Shown here piece after piece: positions 34,355-44,719 of a stretch of DNA of 64,000 bases. The notes beneath the pieces were generated by a model. It ran no database searches, was not told where the DNA came from, and saw only the letters and a list, made by a program, of their open reading frames with translations. Within the stretch, counting starts at the first letter, position 1. The number at the start of each line of letters is the position of its first letter. Both the position numbers and the translations under genes were made by a program. The DNA is from an uncultured Fibrobacterota bacterium. GTDB lineage: Bacteria; Fibrobacterota; Chitinivibrionia; Chitinivibrionales; FEN-1185. Location: assembly GCA_963753345.1 (NCBI GenBank), contig CAVWBU010000024.1:64001-128000 (forward strand), read 5' to 3'.

Positions 34355-35299
34355 CTACTGCGGCACATGGGCTTTGCGCCAATTGCGGACGTTGGCGAGA
34401 CCGACGACCGCCGCAGGGCTGCCGTTTCTTGATCCCTGCGTGAAAAACCCCTCCGCCTCGTCGATGCGCTGCCGATCAAAGGCGATGCTGCCGGCAAGCA
34501 CGGCCATGTCCGCAAAGTTCGGGAAACGCTTCATGCCGTCACGGCAGGTCTCAAGCGCCACCAGCTGATTGCCGGATTGCTGCTGAAGCAATGCGATGCG
34601 ATAGAGGGTCCATTGTTTAGTTTTGTCAAGATCAAAGGCCATGGTGAGATAAGAAATGGAGCGGGGAATATCGCCCGCCTTTTCGTACAAGTCGGCAAGA
34701 AGCAGATAGACATATAAGGTGTTCTTTCCGTTCGGCGGGAATGATTCGAGCCATTTGATTGCCTCGTCCGCATCCCCCATGTCGCGATACATTTCCCCAA
34801 GAGCGATGTAGGCCTCCTCCACCTGTGGATACAGTCTGATTATGTTTTCAAAGGCTGCCACAGCCTTGGCAATTGCACCTACCCGGCGCAGCGTGGCTGC
34901 CTGGATCAGAAGCGCTTTCTGGTGAGTCGGGTCCAGTTTGAGCGTGCGTTGTATCGATGCAAGGCATCGGCCGAGGTCGTTGAGCTGGTAATAGCACACG
35001 GCAAGGTTGAAATTGGCCTTAAAAAAATTCGGTGCATTCTGGATGCATGCGCGATAGTAAACGACCGCTTCCGCAAGGCTGTCGAGCTGGAAATACGCGT
35101 TGGCCATATTGTAGTAGCACAGGGCTGGCGTCTCGCCTTCGCCGGCGGCCTTGCGAAAAAGCTTTATTGCCTGAAGGAAATTCCCGGCATTGTAGGCCTC
35201 ATCGGCCTGGGAAAGCGAGGTCGTGGCGGCGACAGGCATTGCCGCTGCAATGAGCATCAGGATGAAGAAAATCGTTTTTTTCATGACAGGCAAAGTCAC
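34355..35299 (-). CDS. Periplasmic TPR protein
   Basis: Signal peptide followed by multiple TPR repeats. Confidence 0.85.
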   Translation of the reverse strand: MTLPVMKKTIFFILMLIAAAMPVAATTSLSQADEAYNAGNFLQAIKLFRKAAGEGETPALCYYNMANAYFQLDSLAEAVVYYRACIQNAPNFFKANFNLAVCYYQLNDLGRCLASIQRTLKLDPTHQKALLIQAATLRRVGAIAKAVAAFENIIRLYPQVEEAYIALGEMYRDMGDADEAIKWLESFPPNGKNTLYVYLLLADLYEKAGDIPRSISYLTMAFDLDKTKQWTLYRIALLQQQSGNQLVALETCRDGMKRFPNFADMAVLAGSIAFDRQRIDEAEGFFTQGSRNGSPAAVVGLANVRNWRKAHVPQ

Positions 35300-35934
35300 T
35301 GATCAAGATTGAAGTGGATTACTTGACGGAACCGCTGGTTGACCGGAATCCCCTTGTTTCGTGCCGGTTTGAAGCGCCATAGCGCCACTCCCCGCTTGAC
35401 TTCTGCGGTGAACAAGGGCGATGACGATTTTGTGACCTGGATATCGGTTATTTTTCCCTCATGGGTTACAACGAATTCCACTTCGACCGTGCCTTTGATC
35501 CCCTGCTCGGCCGCGCGATCGGGATACGGGATGGGCGGCGTGTACTCCGGCGATGCGTCCTGGTCGACTTGGCCCTGCTCAAACACTTCGGCGGAAAGTT
35601 CCTGCTTTTGCAGCGCCACACCCGTTCCACCTTCCCCCGAAGCGTCAACGGTCAGGTCCGGCGCGAAACGCATGTTCATCTGTTTCTCAAGGGACCTTCC
35701 CTGGTTCGTCGGCGTTTGTACTTGGCGGATGCGCTGCTGCACCAGCTTTTTCTCCTCAGGAGGCTTGCGGACGATGTCCAATGCCGAAATCCTGCGCGGC
35801 TGCTGCTTGTCCGACTTGGAACCAAGACCCACTGCGGCATGCAGCAGCGAAACTCCGGTGAACAGAACAAAACTCACCACGACGGCAAGCGCCAGACGCC
35901 CGATCCACAGTGACCAATAGGAAACAATATTCAT
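35296..35934 (-). CDS. tonB: TonB-family energy transducer
   Basis: N-terminal TM; YP.RA.EQGI.G.VEVEFVV..EG, WRFKPA. Confidence 0.9.
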   Translation of the reverse strand: MNIVSYWSLWIGRLALAVVVSFVLFTGVSLLHAAVGLGSKSDKQQPRRISALDIVRKPPEEKKLVQQRIRQVQTPTNQGRSLEKQMNMRFAPDLTVDASGEGGTGVALQKQELSAEVFEQGQVDQDASPEYTPPIPYPDRAAEQGIKGTVEVEFVVTHEGKITDIQVTKSSSPLFTAEVKRGVALWRFKPARNKGIPVNQRFRQVIHFNLDQ

Positions 35935-35940
35935 GTGGCA

Positions 35941-36978
35941 TCAGTCCTTGCTTGCCGCGATTGATATCTTCTGCACACCCGCAAGAGTGCATTGGTCGAT
36001 TACCTCGACCGTCCTGCCGACCGATCCGTCCCGGTCAGACACGATAACCACCGAAATATCGGGCTGTTTGCCGACCTCCTGCTCCACAAGCGTGCGAACG
36101 CGTTCGACCGTGGTCTGGCGGCCGTAAATGTGCACCGTGCCTTCACGGGTGATTCCGATAAGTATCGCCTTCTGCCCGGCAGGACGTGCACTCTGCGCCT
36201 TGGGCTTTGAAACGTCCACGCCGGTTTCCACATACAGGTTAGCAGTGACCACGAAGAAGATCAATAAAATCATGATCGTGTCGACAAACGGCGCAAGGTT
36301 GATTTCAGGGTTCTGGTGTTCCTCCTGGAACGGGTTGTTGATGGGACGCATCGATCCTCCTTTGGAAGGTTCGGCCTTTGCCTCTGGACGGCCGCGCAGA
36401 AGTTTACTTAATAGTATGTCCCGGTCTTCGCGAAGGCCGGCAATAAGCTTTTCTTTTGCGGTATTGAGATAATTCAGGAACAAAAGCGACGACACGGCCA
36501 CTGCCAGACCGGTCAGCGTGGCCTCGAGCGCCATGGAAATACCGTTGGCCATGATTGTCGGATTGCCGAAACCGAACTCGCCGATAATGGCGAACATGCT
36601 GTTCATACCGGTGATGGTACCCAGCAGGCCCAAAAGAGGCGCCATAACGATGCAGGCGGTGATGGTAGAAAAACCGCGGTCGAGCCGGGGCTTTATTTGG
36701 ATCAAGAGCTCGTCGAAGGTGCGTTCAACCTGCTCAGGTTTGATTCCCGGCCTCAGGAGCCGGTTGACAAAAACGTCAAAGGCGGAGTAGCCTGTGCGCG
36801 TCGTCGGTCCCGCCTCTTGCGTCACCAGTATGGCGTGAACCCGTGTGCGCGCCTTGCGCAGCTGTGCAAAGCGGATCAGCTTTCCGAATACGATGTGCCA
36901 GACCACGACCGACACGGCAAAGATCGGAAACAGCACCCATCCGCCTTCATAAAAGAGCTTCAAAAACGGTGTGAACAC
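35941..36978 (-). CDS. ExbB and ExbD in one reading frame (ExbD has its own start at 36351)
   Basis: APLLGLLGTITGM (ExbB) then INLAPFVDTIMILLIFFVVT (ExbD); AAAGGAGG before the internal ATG. Confidence 0.85.
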   Translation of the reverse strand: MFTPFLKLFYEGGWVLFPIFAVSVVVWHIVFGKLIRFAQLRKARTRVHAILVTQEAGPTTRTGYSAFDVFVNRLLRPGIKPEQVERTFDELLIQIKPRLDRGFSTITACIVMAPLLGLLGTITGMNSMFAIIGEFGFGNPTIMANGISMALEATLTGLAVAVSSLLFLNYLNTAKEKLIAGLREDRDILLSKLLRGRPEAKAEPSKGGSMRPINNPFQEEHQNPEINLAPFVDTIMILLIFFVVTANLYVETGVDVSKPKAQSARPAGQKAILIGITREGTVHIYGRQTTVERVRTLVEQEVGKQPDISVVIVSDRDGSVGRTVEVIDQCTLAGVQKISIAASKD

Positions 36979-36981
36979 TTC

Positions 36982-38448
36982 TTATTCCTTAGGATAGACG
37001 GCATCGAGTATGGCAATCGTGTCATTCTCCAGGTCCGCCATGAGACGGTCCTTGGCGGAACGAAGCAAGTCATGGATAAAAAGTACAGGAATGGCAATGG
37101 CCAGACCGGTTTTCGCCGTAATAAGAGCCTCGGATATTCCACCTGCAAGAAACTTTGGGTCCCCGGTTCCATAGTGGGTGACCTCAGCGAACAGCGTGAT
37201 CATGCCGCTTATGGTTCCCAAAAGTCCAAGAAGCGGAGCTGCGCCCGCGATGACCGCCAGCGTATTGAGATTGCGGCGCAAGGGAGGGGTCTCTAGCGAC
37301 AGAATTTCGTACACGGCTCGTTCACCTGTCTGCCTGCCTCGGCTTTGTCGTTCAAGGCCGGCCTGAACTATGCGGGCAATTACCCCCTTCTTGCATGATT
37401 GCGCCCAAGCCAAAGCGGCGGCATAGTCTTTCTCATTAAGGAACTTCATTGCGGTGGCATATTGGCGCTTGAGCAGACGACCGCGCCCTGCATATTGAAG
37501 GATTTTGCCGATCGTCAGGTAAAGCACCCAGAAGGGAAGCATGAGCAGGGGAATCATTACCCAGCCGCCCTTGGCGAACGATTCGTACAACGCAAGCCAC
37601 GTAGATTGGCTTTTTCCGGCAATCAGCAAGCGGGCCTGGTCATTCTGCATCACCTCCATGAGCACATTTCCGGAAATGCGGCCGGTCGAAAGCCATTTAG
37701 GGAACTGTTCTGTCAATTTTGCCGCAAGCTGGGGCGCCGCGATCTTTTCCACGGAATACCGTTCAGCGCCCAGCCTGCCTGTTTGGCGCAGATAAAAGCA
37801 CGTTCCCGCGGCCGAGTCGATGCCGTAGCCGAATACGTTGCCGAAACGCGAAATTGTCAGTTGTTTCGGCCCGCCTTCTTCGGGGAGGACCACCGCCCTG
37901 GTGAGCATTATGGAATCGCCGCGGCCGTACCATGCCAGCCGGTAATTGACAAAGTCTCCAAAGGCCGCGGCGAGCGAATGATGTTCGTCTAGGGACGCCC
38001 GGATCTTTTCGAGCTCGGCGCGGCGGATCTCCTTGTCGAGCGGAAAGACCTCAAGGAGGCCGTCCGCTTCTTTCTGAAAAATGTCCTTGATCTGGTTTTG
38101 CAGGTATGTCCACTCATCCTTTTTCGCTTCGAGGTTTTTGACTTCATCCGCGAGCGACTGTTCGCGGCTGAGTTCTTCTTCCTTGATCCGCGCGAGTTCC
38201 GTCTCCATGCGGTCTTGCTGTTCGTGCAGCTTGTCGAACTGGTCCTTGTTTGCCTCTTTCATTTCCACGGCCTGCTGCTTGACCGAGTATTCCTTTGTAA
38301 TGAGCTCCTGCAGGCTGTCGCGCGCCTTGTCGAGGGAGTTCTGGAGTTCCTTGCGTTCCGCTTCCTTCATCGCCTGGATCTTTTCGGCCTTGCCGGCAAA
38401 AGATACCGTGACCGTAAGGAAAAGAATTGCGAAAAGTATCTTTTTCAT
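36982..38448 (-). CDS. Long MotA/TolQ/ExbB protein (TtpC-like)
   Basis: Signal, coiled coil, then APLLGLLGTISGMI, GGISEALIT. Confidence 0.88.
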   Translation of the reverse strand: MKKILFAILFLTVTVSFAGKAEKIQAMKEAERKELQNSLDKARDSLQELITKEYSVKQQAVEMKEANKDQFDKLHEQQDRMETELARIKEEELSREQSLADEVKNLEAKKDEWTYLQNQIKDIFQKEADGLLEVFPLDKEIRRAELEKIRASLDEHHSLAAAFGDFVNYRLAWYGRGDSIMLTRAVVLPEEGGPKQLTISRFGNVFGYGIDSAAGTCFYLRQTGRLGAERYSVEKIAAPQLAAKLTEQFPKWLSTGRISGNVLMEVMQNDQARLLIAGKSQSTWLALYESFAKGGWVMIPLLMLPFWVLYLTIGKILQYAGRGRLLKRQYATAMKFLNEKDYAAALAWAQSCKKGVIARIVQAGLERQSRGRQTGERAVYEILSLETPPLRRNLNTLAVIAGAAPLLGLLGTISGMITLFAEVTHYGTGDPKFLAGGISEALITAKTGLAIAIPVLFIHDLLRSAKDRLMADLENDTIAILDAVYPKE

Positions 38449-39273
38449 TTTGCGCCCCCTTGTCCCGCGTCGACGCCAAGAGGGAGATTTACAAACGCTG
38501 GCAGTGATTTTCCTTCCCGGATGTTAACCGCCTGAAGGATCATCATGGCGGTGCCCGGCGAATTCAGGTTCTTCCAGTGAGGAGCGCCGTCGTTTCCCCA
38601 TCCTGTGAAAACGGCGCATTTCTCCCCCTTGGTGTCAACTACCGCCTCGAAGATGGTCCCGATGCGCAAGACGGTAAACCATGCCTGGAATGTCGGGCGT
38701 CGGCGAGCTTTCCTGCGAAACCTGGATGCCGGAGCTGGCTTCGTCGAGCTTGTTAAGGATCTGCACCAGCCGCGTACAGCCTTCGACAATGTCGACCGAT
38801 TTGGTGGCCAGGTCATTGATAAGAAGGGAAAGGCCGGAGAGCGTGGGCGCCATGATAAGCGGCGGAAGCCTCTTTACCGCCGGAGTAACGTTGTTGCAAA
38901 AGGAGATCAGTTTCTGGCGGAACTCGTCCTGCGACAGCTCGATCTCATGGCGTTGCGCAAGCACGCCGCTGATCCGGGCTGCGAGCGCCTCATTGGCTCG
39001 CGACTGGACGGTGGTCTCGGACTTCAAAGTATCAAGCTGACTCTGTGTCTGGGCCAGATGCTGGGAAGTGCGTGCACGGTAAGCATCGAAGTCTTGTTTG
39101 TCCTTTTCCATTTCCTGGCCTACTCGCTCGGCGTCTACCTGCGATTGTATGAGTTCCTTTCGCAGCCGCGCGATTTCATCATCGATCGACGGGGGCGCGA
39201 CCTGGGCCGCGACTGCAAAGGCGCAGAACGCCAATGCCGCCGAGAATTTCACCGAGCGAACCATCTTTTTCAT
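38445..39273 (-). CDS. DUF3450-like periplasmic coiled-coil protein; frameshift near 38665
   Basis: Signal plus coiled coil; LRIG motif in the second frame; sits before the long ExbB. Confidence 0.65.
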
Positions 39274-39382
39274 GTGCTTAGTCTCCATTCAGAAAAATCT
39301 TTTTGCAATTCGCACGATTGCCGGAATTGGGATGAAGGGCCTGCGGTTTTTCGCGGGCAGGCCCTTCACCACACGTATAGAA

Positions 39383-41520
39383 TTATGTCTTCAAACGCAG
39401 TCCAACATACAATTGCCTTCCACGCAATGGCCCCCAAATATGCGAGGTATTGAAATTGCCTTGAGCATCCCAATAGTGAGGATCGTCGCGGGCTGACCCT
39501 GTCTGGGTGTAGTTGAGCAGATTCTCGGCTCCCGCATACAGGTCCAGCGCCTTAAGCAGCTTCCAACTCGCTTTCATGTTGACCACGAAAAAACCTGGTG
39601 CCTGAGTGAGTTTGGGATCGCTTGCTACGCCGTTTTCAAAAACATTGTATTGATTTGCATAGCCGTACGGCGTCAGGTCTCGCGGCGCGGTCCAGGCCAC
39701 GTCTCCGGAAAGTGAAGCAGGTCCATAATTCATTTCGACGCGTCCGTTGACTTCGGTTTCCATGGCCGCCACCAGTTCTACTGCTTTGTATTGATCGGGA
39801 ATCTGCTGGTGTTCGACGCCTATGCCTAGCTTAAGCCATGACCATGGAAGAAAAGAGGCTTCGGCATCCACATCCAAAAACGGAAGCTGGATACTATCAT
39901 TTCGCAAGATGGGACGGGGTAAAGTCGAATCGTTGTCAACATATTCCAGATTAGAGACCTCGGTGAAATAACTGCCGACGGTTACGTTCCATTGCGACTT
40001 ATCGAAAGAAAGCGAGCCGCCGACTCCTTCGGCACTCTCCAGCTTATGAACGCCAATGTCGAAGCCGTTATCCAACAGGCCATGATCAAGTTCAAAGAAA
40101 GTGAGGGGCGCGCGCCAGCCCAAACCCGCAGACAGACGTCCCGTAAGGCCTTCGATAAACTCCCAACGCAGGCTCGCCCTCGGCGCGGCTATGAAATTGT
40201 CGATTTTTTCGCCGGGCTTATTGATCCAATTAACCTCAATATCATCCAGGCGCAGCGCCAGGGACAGGTCGCGCTGATGTCCGAAGTTCCACACGTCCTG
40301 CAAGTAACCGCCTCCGAAAGTTGCGTTATAAGAATCCGGAGTAATTCCAAGGACTTGGTAATAGTAGATGGGATTGCGACGCCATTCTTCTCGATGTTTC
40401 CGTCAATGCCCAGCGTAAGGGTGTTGGCCCAGGCGGTTGCCTGCCAGCGTAAGTCCCCCACAAAGTTATTGTCAGAATTGTTGTAATCCGCGCCGCCCTC
40501 ATATTCGGACACCTGCGATTGGCTGGCCATGCCCGCCCGCAACTGCCAAGTGCCCAGGTGCGGCGAATCCCACGTTAGCGTGCCCGCAGCCTTCGTCTCG
40601 AGTTGTTTGGACCCATTCAATAATATCCTGATTGGATTGCCTATAAAGGTATTTCGCACTACATTCCCTCCTACGTAGAGCGGAATCGAATCCGACGGCC
40701 CGACAGCCGCGCCCATGTGATTGGATGTCATCGCCGCGCCGAAAACCTCCGAATAGCTGTGCATGTACCGCAGATTCCACGACCAGTTTTCGCCAATAAG
40801 ACCGTTCAGTCTCAACAAGGCGCTTTCGTCGTTGAGAGACGGAGACTCCGAAACGCCATTGCCGTCGGCATCCCATTGTCCTTCATAAAAGTGATGCGCA
40901 GCAACGAGAATGCCGAGTTTCCCGCTGTCTACCACCGCCGTTCCTGAGAACGAAAGATGATTCCAATCATTATTGCCTATAGCGGCGTCGGCAGTGATGG
41001 AATTACGGATAGGGTCACGAAAACGAACATCCATGGCACCACCCATGGCGCCTGGAGCCAGGAGAGAAGCGCCAGGCCCGCGCGAGATATCAATGTCCGT
41101 GACTCCGGCCGTGGTGAGCGCGTCAACGCCGTAGAAACTCGTTACGGGAGTGTAAATCGGAAGGCCGTCGACAAGAACGGTTGTATGATTTGCGCCCAGG
41201 CCATTGATCTGAATTTGCTTGAAACCGCATGAACTGCATCCCGTCAGGACGCAGACGCCCGGTTCGGACGTCACCGCTTGAGTAAAATCATCCGCATTTT
41301 TGAGAAAGATGGCCTCGGGCGTAACAATGTTGGTTGGCTGGATTGCATTTGACAAAGCGCCCAGGCGGTCCAACCGGGCTTCGTTGAGCCTTTGGGTCGT
41401 GACGGTCATCGTGTCGAGCAAGTGTATTTTTTGCAAAGAGGAATCCACGTTGGTTTGCGCCTGTGCAAAACATGCAAAAGTAAAAAGAACGGTCACCACG
41501 AACAAAAACGATTTACGCAT
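39383..41520 (-). CDS. TonB-dependent receptor with CxxC in the plug; several frameshifts
   Basis: PGV..LTGCSSCG..IQINGLG..HT.VLVDG.P, DISRGPGA, ENLLNY, WGPLRGRQLYVGLR; start may be 41601. Confidence 0.85.
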
Positions 41521-41783
41521 GGGATTATTTGAAATAACAATTCCTGAAAACCCGCGTACGTATTGTAGTTGATATATCAATAATTCCAAATTGAATTTCA
41601 TATGCCTCCCGAGTCGCATGGTTAAACACATTGCTTTAAGGAATAAGCGCTGAAAGCCCGGGAGAGTTCGGCCTATTTATTTAGATGCTCCGTCTGAATT
41701 ATATATGCGTTGTGCGTAGATAATTTAGACTTGGAGTATCTTATTTGCCTCCCTGGCTGGTCAGCAAATAAAGGCGAAGTGTT

Positions 41784-42098
41784 TTAAGAAACCGAGATCA
41801 AAGCGGGAGGTGCGCGGCTATCAAAAGAGGACAAAATGCCGGGAATGCAATAGTGGACTACGTGGCGAGGCAATTCGACGATGTAATCGGCGACCGTTGG
41901 AAGAGAAAAAACCACTTCAGCCACAGGGGCGTTGTTCTGCATGGTGCAGAAGACGCAATCATCATGGTCCAGACCGTCACTATGGTGGTGGGCAGGTAGG
42001 GCAATGCCCAAAAAGAAGCAGATATATAGCGAGAAGAAAATCTTTAAAAAAAGATTTTTTTGTATAGCTTGAAAAAGGAAAAGCGGTTTATCGCGCAT
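41784..42098 (-). CDS. DUF2946-like leader protein (hydrophobic segment, HHH, CxxC, C-terminal RAPP)
   Basis: AHHHSDGLDHDDCVFC...DSRAPPAL. Confidence 0.75.
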   Translation of the reverse strand: MRDKPLFLFQAIQKNLFLKIFFSLYICFFLGIALPAHHHSDGLDHDDCVFCTMQNNAPVAEVVFSLPTVADYIVELPRHVVHYCIPGILSSFDSRAPPALISVS

Positions 42099-42281
42099 AA
42101 TAAGCTATCGAACTACGTATTGGAAACGCGTTTATTGACGATCTTTTTCCGGTTCGTCCCTCCGAATATTTCAAAGAACAAGAAAAGCCAAATCGATCAA
42201 TCAATCGATATTTTCACTTTTCTCCAAAGTGTGTCAAGAACAACAAGAAATCCATCGCTACGAGACCAGGACAGGTATTTA

Positions 42282-44507
42282 TCAAAACTTGGTCGTCAGG
42301 CTCAGCCGAAAGCTGAGCGGCTCTGACGGATGGATTTCAAAGTCGTTGACGCCCGCGGCAGGCTCTCCTTTGAGGCGGGTCGCATAGTAATATTCCATAT
42401 CATTGACTTGCGCGTTAAAGATATTTAATACGTCAAGCGTGAGCCGCACATTGCGATTGAAATCGTAGGCAATTTGGCCGTTAAAGAGCGTAGAAGCCGT
42501 TGACCGCTCGCTGTTGTCCTGAACAAGCGCCCGAGGGCCAAAGTAGCGCATAAAAAGGCTTGCCGAAAACGGACCAAGCCTATGAATAGAAGCGCCGGCC
42601 GACACGGCCGTCTCAATGGCTTCCGGTACATATTGTCCATCCGTATCGGGGTTAATAAAACGGGCCTGAGAATACGCCACGTCGAGGTCAAAGAGCAGCC
42701 AGGGCAACGGCTGCCAGCGTTCGCTCCACTCGACACCCATCCGGCGGGACGGCGCCGAGGGGTCGGTGGTTCCTTCGTCTGCGTCCCATACCAGTTCGGA
42801 GCTGAAATCCTGAAGCCACAGGGCGAGAGAATTTTGCAATCCGGGGATGACATCGTTGCGTCCGCCGATTTCAAATCCTCGCGACCGCACAAGAAGTGTC
42901 ACTTTGTCAACGGAATCGCCGGACTTCTCATTTATGGTTGCGGTGGCGCCGCGGACATCGTTTGAGTGATACCCGTCCCCGTAATTGGCATACAACTCGG
43001 TTTTTGCCCATGGCCCCAAAACAACCGTTACCTTGGGGAGAAGCATGCTCGCTTCCGCACTCCCGGAGTTTACCGTGTAGTCTGAACGCACATCGGCATT
43101 AAGATATACCCCTCTCAGCCCGAGCATAACCTTTATCCAGGGCGTAAGCCGGCTGTCCAGATCAACCCACGGTTCAATTTTTGTTTCCACGACGCTGTCC
43201 ACGCCCCAGGATTCGAGCACACGGCGGTGATCGGTGTGCAGCAGTCCCACCGGATCAATCAGATCGCAACGCGCGTCGAGGCCTGCCCGGAATTTTTCCT
43301 GGAGGCCAAGCAACGAGAATTCCCGCTGCCAATTGTCCGATGTTCCAAAGAACCATCTGTTGTCTTTCTGGTTCATCTGATCCCCGTTCACCGTGTCGTC
43401 AAGAAAGTAGGTGAAATTTGAGAAAAGATTCATGTAGTACTGGACAACGTATGCGTTGGCAGAAAGCACGCCGCCTCCGAGCTGTCCTTTCCAGGAGGTT
43501 GAAAGGCTGTAGCGGTGAGACGTGCCGCCGTCGCTGGAGTCCTCGGTGCCCCAGATGCTGATGAGGCCTTCGGTCACGGCCCGCTGCGGGATATGGTTGG
43601 TGGCATTCCATTCACCGGAATAACCCATTGCCTCTATGTCAAAGGTTCCATCGCCGAGCTGGCGCGACCAGCGCAACATGCCGTTAAACTTGTTGAAGTC
43701 CTGGGGAACAACAAACGGTCCATCCTGGTGCATCGCCTCCAATCCGAGAAGAAGTTTGCCGCCGGCCAGATCGGTGGATGCGGCGGCAAGGGAACGGTAG
43801 TAGCCATAGGAGCCGATCGTTGCAGTCACAAAAGGGTGGGCAAGCTGCTTGTCATAGAAAATGTTGATCGCTCCCGCGGAAGAGAAATCGCCCTCTGCCG
43901 CGTTGTAGGTTCCCTTGAAATAGTCGGCATGATCGATAAGTTCCGGAATAACGAAATTGAGATCGTCGTAGCCCTGACCGTGGCCTTGCGTTGGCAGGTT
44001 GACCGGTACGCCATCGACCGAAGTTGCAAAGTCGGTCCCATGGTCGAGGTTGAAACCGCGCAACAGAAACTGATTTGCCTTGCCTGCGCCGCTGTGCTGG
44101 GTGACGATGAGTCCGGGAACAAGTTCTTCAACTTCGCCGGGCCGAAGGATCGGACGGTCTTCCAGAAGCTGACTGGTGTAGGACCCGCTGCTGGCGGCTT
44201 CGGTGGTTCCTGTTTTGTTCTGATAATGCCCGAGCACATTTATCGGTGCGAGTTCCGTTATTCCTGTCTTCGTTTTCGCGGCCTTGGCCGTCTGGGCGTT
44301 GGAATCGGTTGCCGCCTTGGCGCTGTCATTGGAAACCGCAACTGCCGAATCGCTTTCCACCGGAACCGGTATCTCGTCGGGATGAGGAACCTCGGCATGG
44401 GATAAGCCTGCAAGAAACAGTACCGCGAGGATAAAACGATGAGCCTGCGAGAATAGAAATCCGGGGCGACCATCCGCTAAACGCACTAAACAAGCTCTCT
44501 TTGTCAT
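42282..44507 (-). CDS. TonB-dependent receptor, probably for nickel
   Basis: PGLIVTQHSGAGKANQF.LRGFNLDHGTDF plug, terminal F; divergent from nikM with NikR-type boxes between. Confidence 0.9.
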   Translation of the reverse strand: MTKRACLVRLADGRPGFLFSQAHRFILAVLFLAGLSHAEVPHPDEIPVPVESDSAVAVSNDSAKAATDSNAQTAKAAKTKTGITELAPINVLGHYQNKTGTTEAASSGSYTSQLLEDRPILRPGEVEELVPGLIVTQHSGAGKANQFLLRGFNLDHGTDFATSVDGVPVNLPTQGHGQGYDDLNFVIPELIDHADYFKGTYNAAEGDFSSAGAINIFYDKQLAHPFVTATIGSYGYYRSLAAASTDLAGGKLLLGLEAMHQDGPFVVPQDFNKFNGMLRWSRQLGDGTFDIEAMGYSGEWNATNHIPQRAVTEGLISIWGTEDSSDGGTSHRYSLSTSWKGQLGGGVLSANAYVVQYYMNLFSNFTYFLDDTVNGDQMNQKDNRWFFGTSDNWQREFSLLGLQEKFRAGLDARCDLIDPVGLLHTDHRRVLESWGVDSVVETKIEPWVDLDSRLTPWIKVMLGLRGVYLNADVRSDYTVNSGSAEASMLLPKVTVVLGPWAKTELYANYGDGYHSNDVRGATATINEKSGDSVDKVTLLVRSRGFEIGGRNDVIPGLQNSLALWLQDFSSELVWDADEGTTDPSAPSRRMGVEWSERWQPLPWLLFDLDVAYSQARFINPDTDGQYVPEAIETAVSAGASIHRLGPFSASLFMRYFGPRALVQDNSERSTASTLFNGQIAYDFNRNVRLTLDVLNIFNAQVNDMEYYYATRLKGEPAAGVNDFEIHPSEPLSFRLSLTTKF

Positions 44508-44623
44508 CGACGCCCCTTTCTGTGAGCTACTGCACATTGGATAGTTTAGCCGTAGGCCGCAGTTGTCTTTCGTAACCATGATTCTCTATGCTGATCAAAC
44601 ATAACTGCTAACGCCTTACCGTG

Positions 44624-44682
44624 GTAGCATGAATATACCTTTTGTGCTACGAATGATAGCATAAAAATGTTTTTCATGCCAC
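44624..44682. promoter_or_regulatory. Two tandem NikR-type operators
   Basis: GTAGCA-N15-TGCTAC (44624-44650) and ATAGCA-N15-TGCCAC (44656-44682). Confidence 0.7.
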
Positions 44683-44719
44683 TATATCCATCCACTATTT
44701 TTCTGGTCAAGGAGTCCTC

